The notes beneath the pieces were generated by a model. It ran no database searches and was not told where the DNA came from. It saw nothing but the letters and a program-made list of their open reading frames with translations. The translations under genes were made by a program, and so were the position numbers. Of a stretch of DNA of 64,000 nucleotides, positions 55,901 to 64,000 are shown piece after piece; positions within the stretch are counted from its first letter, which is position 1, and each line of letters starts with the position of its first letter. The stretch is from Camelus ferus (Eukaryota). Location: assembly GCF_009834535.1 (NCBI RefSeq), contig NC_045697.1:82090001-82154000 (forward strand), read 5' to 3'.

Positions 55901-58044
55901 TAATTAAAGATCTAATCAAGCCTCCTGGGGATAAGTAGATTGTCAGTTGGGAAAAATCATCAAAGGCAAAACTCTAAAATCTGCATTAAGATTAAAAGTT
56001 TTTTCTATTAAAACTTTGTACTTATAGGCTCCTCTGAGCTCCATAACCCCTTTAAATATTGAATAATGAATGTCAAGAACCTTATATCTGAATAATGCAC
56101 TCTATTTATAGTAAATACATCTTTATCAAGTCTTCCAAAAGTAAGTGAGATTTAAGTTGTAAATGGAAAAAATGATTAAAAACTATGCCAGATAGATGAT
56201 ACATTACAGAGTCTGAGCACTCATGTTTCCTGAGAGTAAAACAATATCAGTTAATTAATGCTATCAGTTATTGAAATGACAATATACAAATATGTAATAG
56301 TTCTATTTAAGTACCATCTTATTTACTCTTCAATTTTATCTACTGGACCTAAATGCAAAGTTTCATTATGGTAAATGAGCTGACATAGAGCTCATCTTAA
56401 TTCATAAATCTGAAAAGTTAACATGGGTATTACTGAAAATATAACACGCTCCTGAATAGAATGAAATTATATTTCGTATGGTTTTGAGATTTTCAGAATC
56501 CTAGAGGTAAGCTGAGATGAACATTAAATTTAAATTAAATTCTTAAAAAAGAGTAAATGAAAATCAGTTTATGACTATTGAGTGCAAATGTTTAAACTAG
56601 CAGCGAACTAGTATCTCCATCACTTTGCTGTTTGCTGATAAAGCATTAATTATACTGCAAATAAATAATTTCTTAAAGGTGAATTCTATGTAGCATTTAT
56701 ATATGTTATATGTGTATATATACACACATATATATGAGCTATAAATTTACTTCCCTAACAATAATATTTAATAAGTTGTTTTTCTCAATTGCAGTTCAAA
56801 CATGTTTTTAAATAAGGGAAAGTAAGATATTTATTAAGTTCTACAAGTGAGAAAAATGGACAGTAATACTAGACAAATAAAAGAACATACCAATGTAGGG
56901 ATGTAGTATACCTTAATAGGTAAAGGCACAGGCTTTCAAGTCATTCATACGTTTATCAGAGAAGGTAATTAGAGGAAATAACTTACTCACACCCAACAAC
57001 AGCATTTTCACTGGCAAAATGAGCATTCTTTCTTCCTCAGCAAGTTATTTTAATGACTCAATGAATGAAGTGTTCTTAGTGTTCAGTAATAGTAGATCTT
57101 ACTACATTGTTAGTATTTTGTAAAATCCATGGATAAAAAGTCAGTCACAAATGCTCAGGAGTTATGGTATAATAGGGTAGACGTGCTTTTATAAATACAC
57201 TAAAGGGTGACTATTTTGCGAATAGACACAATGGTGGAACATCCTAAAAAGGAATAACAATCATAATACCAAACAAATTACAAATAATTCTGTAATTTTT
57301 CATTGCATGCAAGTGAGGTAGACACCATCATTCCATTATTTTAATTATGTTAACATTAAATGTCAAAATGTAAATTTCTGTATTGTGTAGTTATATTTTT
57401 ATCGCAAATTAAACAAAAATAAAGTGAATGTCACAATAGATTGTTTGCTTTAAGCCATGCAGATGCAGATAAAGATACTTTCTGGGGAAATTAATATGAA
57501 CTCAGAGGTAATTATCTTAGTCAAAATTAGTTTTCTCTCAAAATTCTGGGACTGAAAATGAATGCTTAACATACCAACTGTGATTATACATAAATACACA
57601 CTCACCACACAGAGAGATACACATATGACAGATATTAATTATTGGTATTCTCTCTCTCTCTCTCATCCTCCATTCCTCAATCTACTTTATGAATCTTCAT
57701 TTAAATATTATACAGCACAACCTTTGTCCTACCCTAGATACAGTCTCTATAGGTAAACTAATTTTTCTTTATTAAACAAACAATGTGGAAAATAATTACA
57801 ATTGTTACTATCTATGGATACAAACTTCATGACACTTTGTATTAGAAAAATGTGTTGGCTGTAAGTTATTTTAGCATCAGTAGTGTGATGTGGCCAACAA
57901 TATACTTCAGTTTTGCTCTCCTGTCCTTTTGCTCTTCTTTGACATTCTATTTCTATACATATTACATTTTCTTTCTACATATATTATAAATTCCACACTG
58001 CATTGTTTATTTGCTGTAAAAAAGAGATTCAAAATGATAATAAT

Positions 58045-59095
58045 CCTTCTGTATAATAAAATACTGTTTAAAGTATATAATTTGATAAGTTTTGAAAGAT
58101 ATGTATATTTACTCATGAAACTATCACCAATTCAGATGACAAAACTTTTCATCAACTCCAAAATTTCCTTGTGCCCCTTTGTAATCCATTTATTCTTCCA
58201 CCTTCATCCCTGTAGGCTTGATTTCCATTTGCTTAAATTTTACATAAATATAGTCATACAGTCTATGCTCTTTTCTGCTAACTTCTTTCACTTAGTATGC
58301 TTTTTAAAAATATATTTTCACCCATGTTCTTGGTGTTTTGAATATAGCAATAGTTCATTACTCTTATTGTTGACTAATATTCAGTTATATGGATATACCC
58401 CATGTGGTTTATCTATGTACCTATTGATTGACATATTTTTAGACTTTTACTCTTACAGGAAAAGCTGATACAAACATTTGTGTACCAGTTGTATTTTGAA
58501 CTATGGTTTCATTTTTCTTTCTTTCTGAGAGTAAATACCTAGGAGTGGAATTTCTTGCTGGTATCTAAGTGTATGTTAAACTTTACAGGAATTTACCAAA
58601 TTGTTTTCCAAGGTTGTTCCATTTTACAGCAATGTATGAAGGTTCCAGTTTCTCCAAATCCTTGTCGACTCTTGCCTACCTTCAGTCTTTTTTATTTTAG
58701 CCATTCTAGTGTGTGTGTTTTGCTTTTGTGTTGTGGTTTTAATTTGCTCTTTCCTAATTACTAATGGTATCAATCATTTTCTTAATGTGCTTATTTTTCA
58801 TGGATTATCAGATACTTGATTTGCAAACATTTCTCTCTGAGTTTGTTTTTGATTCTCTTACTACCTATTTAGAGATAGAAAAACTTTTAAATTTGAGGAA
58901 GTCCAATTTATAATTTTTGTTTTTTTAAATATATTATTCTTTTGGTTTTGCTTATCGGAACTCTCTGCCCAACTCAAAAAGTAAAAGATTTTCTCCTATG
59001 TTTGCTACTTAAGTTTTTATGGGCTCTATAGCTTTAGCTTCTTAGATATATTACCCATTTTGAATAAATTTCAATTCTGTATAATATGTAAAATA
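58045..59095 (-). mobile_element. Old L1 (L1ME/MC-like) 3'UTR plus ORF2 end
   Basis: aaagtatataatttgataagttttga; gagtaaatacctaggagtggaatt; cagcaatgtatgaaggttccagtttctcc. Confidence 0.85.
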
Positions 59096-61035
59096 TGGAT
59101 AATACTAGTTTTAATAATATGTTTTCATATTTAAGCAAATTTCAGTGGTTAGCTGCCCATAAATGATACACAACTAAAATAGTATGAATTTAAAGCAGGC
59201 ATCATTTCTAACATAATAAAGATCTAAATATTATTAAATTTTATGCCACCTTAGACATAGTTTTGAGTAAAGCCTGCTACAGATACTAAAGATAAAATCA
59301 ATGAGCACAAAATTTTGAGTTTGTGTGGGTGTGTAATTATATATATGTTTGTGTATGTCTCTGTGTGTTGTATGTATATTTATATATGTACGATTACAGA
59401 ATGTTTCGTATGAAAGAAACATTTACTAAAGAATTCAAATGAAGCAATAGAAACTTCAATTCACTGGTCCATTTTTTCTATGCCTTTGGCACTTGGTTTA
59501 AATTTAGGTTTTGCTTCATGTGAAGTAAGATAATTAATTCCTTTAAATTGATAAATGCATGTTTTAAATAGCCACTACATTTTCTAGATTAAAAAAGTCA
59601 TCTAGAATATTTTACATAATATTTTAAAACAGCATACCTTTTATTTATCATGGGCTCAAATAACTTTAATTTTATATTTACCTTTTTAAGTGTTTCAAAT
59701 ATATAAGACATTTGTAAATATAATTCAGTAAGAAATAAATTATTATATTTAAGTAGAATCATCAAGAATCAAATTGTCAGTGGCATCAATTTAAGAGAGA
59801 AAATACTTTGTAAACTGAATATATTTTTATTCTAATAATTAGTATCAGCATGTAGCACTTGAATTATTAGAAACTCATTCAATTTTTAAAAATCTTTGCT
59901 TAATTGTGATTGAATCCTTATCATTAGATACACATCAAATACATAAAAGGAAATTGCTGCTACTAAATATCATTGTTAATTGGGCAGTCAGTTTTAGTTA
60001 AATTGTGATAATGAATTAAAAAGAAGAAAAGATCAACATAGAGCTTGGTAAATAAATGAGTAAAGGCAGTATTTTTTCTTGAATGTATAGCATTGCCAAT
60101 ACTATCAAAATCATAAGAATTGAAATTTTTAGCCTTTAAGGAGAGAAACCATGTTTTGCAATGTAATTGATGCTCTTAAATCAACAAAACAATATTTTGT
60201 TGATAGGACATATGGAGGGAGTGCAAGGAAATGGCAGGAAAGGAGGAAAAAGTCAAGTATTTTTTGCTAGCTTAAACCATGCAGCATGGATTAGTTGAGA
60301 AGAAAATTCCTTTTTATTTTGTGAAACACAGCATATTTCAGCATGATATATAAAATCATCTGTCAGAAAAGATGATATAGTTAGCTCTAAATGATTTGAC
60401 TGAGCTCTTTTTAAAAAAACATTTATTGCTTATACATAAATCATCTAAATTTTCAAAATGCATATTCTTGACTTTTTATAGGCAACAATTAAAATATGCT
60501 CAGAGGGTTAAATTGTAGTGGGATTATCCTTCACTTAGCCTATAATTATTTCTGGAATCTCATAGTTGGCATATCATGGCGTTAGTTTCCTTTTTACAGG
60601 CAGACAGACTTAAATATACGCTAAAACATCAACCTGGTGTCTTGCACTATGACAGGCTCTTAGCATTTGTACAAGTAATTGATCATTTAAGTTAGTGATT
60701 TCCAAACCAATCAATAGAGCAACTGTGAGTTTACAACACAACAGACAAACCATCAAGGCATAAAGTCTTACTTTAAACTGATGCCCATAAGCTTCATGGG
60801 ATTCTTATGCTGCTATCAGGCTATTTTACTGCATTTACCTATGTTCTTCACTCTCTCATTCTTCTCAATATTTTACAACTTTCCCATTGGCAAAATTTCG
60901 AGACCTTATGACTCTGATTCCCCTGTCCACACTTAAAGCTGATGATGTTGCTTCCTGCTTACCTAAGGAAACTCAGGCAATTAGAAAAGAGCTTGCATGA
61001 ACTCTCACATCTCCCTTACTCACTACCAGCATCTG

Positions 61036-61572
61036 TGTGACTCAAAAGGGAAACAGAAAAAAAACCCTGATTCTTGTCTTAACCAAAAGACAGATTTATA
61101 GACGAGAAATGGAAAGCATTGTGTAGCAAAACAATTTATTTAGGAAAGGAAGATTATGCCTCCAAGAGTGGGAGGTGGGTTGACTGAAGGAGGAATTGCA
61201 GTGCTATTTGTCTCCCCTTCTCTTATACCTTCGCTTAGAGGTGGTCTTTTGATTGACGGCTTTTGTCCTGGAGTGCTTAGTCATGTTTAATCCCTTTGCA
61301 CATGTCCTTACCCATTGTGTACATAGAAAACCCAAAGGGGGAGCCTAAACCACAATGTTAATTATAATACAATGAACATTGACTCGTGTCCACTTAAGGC
61401 CTTTCTGCTACTGTGCAGTCGTGGCTGTGAGGTTCTAACCCGTTTCTTGCTGGAGCTCATTTAGAAGTAAAGTCCCTTTATGCTGGAGGCAGACATAACG
61501 CCATCTTCCGGACCTTTCTCCCTCTCCCCCTCCTTATCTGCGGAGTGTCCCCACTTATCTAACTACCTAACA
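61036..61572 (-). mobile_element. ERV1-type solo LTR
   Basis: TG...CA termini, flanks tctg and tctt, tttatt at about 61135, end ttatctaactacctaaca, retained CpGs. Confidence 0.8.
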
Positions 61573-61709
61573 TCTTACCTATAGTCTCTGCCTCCTGACC
61601 ATGCATCAACTTTTAAGTTCCTACAATAAACAAATCCACCCACGTATACACTAAACCTTATCCCTTCTATTCTACCTAAAGCCATAACTGTAGAAATTTG
61701 AAAAAAATT

Positions 61710-62620
61710 TTTTTGAAAGCTGGGCATGATATATTGGCTAATAAGAAATGAGATAAATAAGACTTTAGAGTGAGGTTTTATGTTAATAAAGTTGGGCTCT
61801 ACTTAACATTTTCTGTAGCTGTAGATGCCAGAGCCTTCAGTTTCCTGCTGGGTCCTTACCTCTCTTGTTGTCTTTGAGTTTGACTAAGAATACCAATTTA
61901 ACTGTGATTTGTGTCTGGCAACTCTTCCAGTTCTAACCCACTTGCCTGAGGGAGTGTTGCTGATGTTGTGCTGAGATATGGGGGAAGGAAAGAGTACTCT
62001 AATCTTCTGATTAAATCTCAGTCTTTTAAGACTGAGAGCCAGTTGTTACCTTCACTTCCTCTGGTGAGATTGGAAGCCTAATTTAGGGGAAATGGAGTTC
62101 AGGAAAAGTGGGATACCGCTCTGATAAAGACTTCTCCTGCAGAGTGAGATTTCCTAATTAAGAAAAAAGAAATGCAACTGGTGTATTTCAAAATGATTAC
62201 TGTTTCTCCCCCTGTCCAGAGGCAGGAAGAGATCTTTTTTGACTCTTCACTGTGGGAACCCAGTGGGGCTCTTGGAGGTAACCTTATGAAATTATGGGAT
62301 TACCCCCTCATACAGTGGCACCCTGGACTTTCTTTCTTGCACACTAGTTTACATTCAGGCTCCTACAATTCAGGGAAATAATCACCTTTGTGTTCCCACC
62401 AGTTTATGGTGTCATTGCTTCTGTTCTAGGTAAACAGATCCCAGTTATAAATGGGTTTTCCTGACTCTCCAGATTTCAGGGTGGTCCTTTATCTTGTGAC
62501 CTCTGTTCCTGATGATTCTAAGAAAAATTGTTGACTTTTAGTTTGTTTGGCCTATTTCTTTTAAGGACAGGGTGATGATCTCCAAGCTCTGTACCTATCA
62601 CTGCTGACACTGAAGCCTCT
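61710..62620 (-). mobile_element. Old L1 5' region (L1MC/MD-like)
   Basis: gttgggctctacttaacattttctgtagctgtagatgccagagccttcag resembles antisense 5' sequence of old L1. Confidence 0.55.
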
Positions 62621-62749
62621 CTTCTTTATGTCTTCAGTTTTTCCTTTTTCCTTTTTCCTGAGGCATTTTCATTAGCATACAAATATGCTGTCAATTCTAC
62701 CTTTTAACACAGCAATCTTCTGACCCGTGTTGTTCTCCCCTTTCACATT

Positions 62750-62912
62750 AGTTTCCTTGGGTTAACTTAAAAACTTACAAGACTGAGTGGCTTGAAACAA
62801 TAGACACATATTTCTCACAGTTTTGGGGATGAATTGAAAATCCTGGTGTGAGCAGGGGTCATTATGCCCCGAGAGTGCTAGAGAAGGATCTGTTCCATGC
62901 CTTACTCCTAGG
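62750..62912 (-). mobile_element. MaLR LTR fragment
   Basis: gactgagtggcttgaaacaatagacacatatttctcacagttttgggg; agagaaggatctgttccatgcc. Confidence 0.75.
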
Positions 62913-63535
62913 CAGTGGAAATTTAAAATGGTACAACCCCTTTTAAAAGCAATTGGATAGTTTCTTAAACATGAAGACACAAATTTACCAGATGGCTAAG
63001 CCATTCCATTCCTAGGTATCTACTTGAGAAAAATAAAAGCAGACATCCACACAAACACTCATAAATGAATGTTTATAGTAACATTATTCATAATAGTCAA
63101 AAAATGGGAAAATTGCAGATGTTTATCAAATAGTGACTAGATAAACAAAATGTGGTTTACCTATACTGTGGAATACTATTTTGCATTAAAAAAGAATAAA
63201 ATAATTTTGCATGCTCTAACATTGATTGCCCTCAGAAACATCCAAAGTGAAAGAAGTCAAATTAAAAAGACTGCATTTTGTACAATTCCTTCATATAAAA
63301 TTTCCAGAGAAAGAAACCCTGCAGAGACATATTACATTTGCCTTGGGCAGGGGGTAAGAAAATGAGATAGCTGCATAGAAGCCCAAATTTTCTTTTTTGA
63401 GGTCACAGAAATGTTCTAAATATGTATTGTTTTGGTTTGCAACAAACTATAACTTTAATAAAAGTTATTGAATTTCACACTTGAAGAAGGTTAAATTTTA
63501 TTATAAATTTTTTGCCGATAAAGTGGTGTAAATAA
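62913..63535 (+). mobile_element. Old L1 ORF2 end plus 3'UTR
   Basis: gccattccattcctaggtatctacttgagaaaaataaaagc; gataaacaaaatgtggtttacctatactgtggaatactatt. Confidence 0.85.
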
Positions 63536-64000
63536 AAGCAGCATCTCTCTTCCCCACCTTTAGACTAATAGATACACATTATTCTTCTCATTTTGATTAT
63601 ATTTTTATAGCATCTGTTGCCTTCTAAAATATTGCGTAATTTTTCATTTATTAGATTGTTTGTTCCTCAGAATGTACAGGGCAAAGATCTTTATACGTTT
63701 TGATGTTTTGACCTATATTCTAATTCAGGAAGAGTATTAGTGCATTAATCAATATTTTTAATGAATTAATAAATGCATTATACTTAAAATTAATATAGGC
63801 CACTTCTCAATTATACTATGATACATTCAACAATTTAAATTTAAGGTGATGCAATAGAAATAAATAGAATATATTCTAATATTTTTAATTGTCACAAAGG
63901 CAAACTATGTGCAAGCTTTTAAAAGTTTCTGCAATATTCCATGAAAATTATTTGATCTAATTTTTTTTTCTGCTTACTCTTTCAATTACTTTTATGTTTT

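Larger units (their letters stand above)
60860..63778 (+). mobile_element. LINE-2 broken into pieces by later insertions
   Basis: L2-like pieces at about 60860-61035, 61573-61700, 62620-62745 and 63590-63778. The last ends aatatttttaatgaattaataaatg. Confidence 0.55.

Noticed and set aside
57890..58468. Longest ORF (192 aa)
   Set aside because: Low-complexity F/L/I-rich translation, mostly antisense to an old L1, non-ATG start, no domain.

Overview
AT-rich mammalian non-coding DNA (large intron or gene desert), probably camelid judging by two young L1 3' ends. I found no supportable host exon, RNA gene or CRISPR array. The ORF-track entries are chance ORFs or retroelement remnants. A large share of the window is transposon-derived: several L1 copies, MaLR/ERVL/ERV1-type LTRs, and L2 and MIR fragments. 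The most notable structure is a decayed minus-strand provirus at about 46.2-49.7 kb: ERVL-type integrase, then a gamma-type env remnant, a polypurine tract and a MER76-like LTR. It was later interrupted by a solo LTR and by a 47-bp tailless L1 piece with a 15-bp TSD. Other points are a probable twin-primed L1, internally deleted L1s and a strong minus-strand bias of ERV LTRs. I do not see a convincing novel functional system. Repeat family names are from recall of consensus sequences and were not checked against a database.
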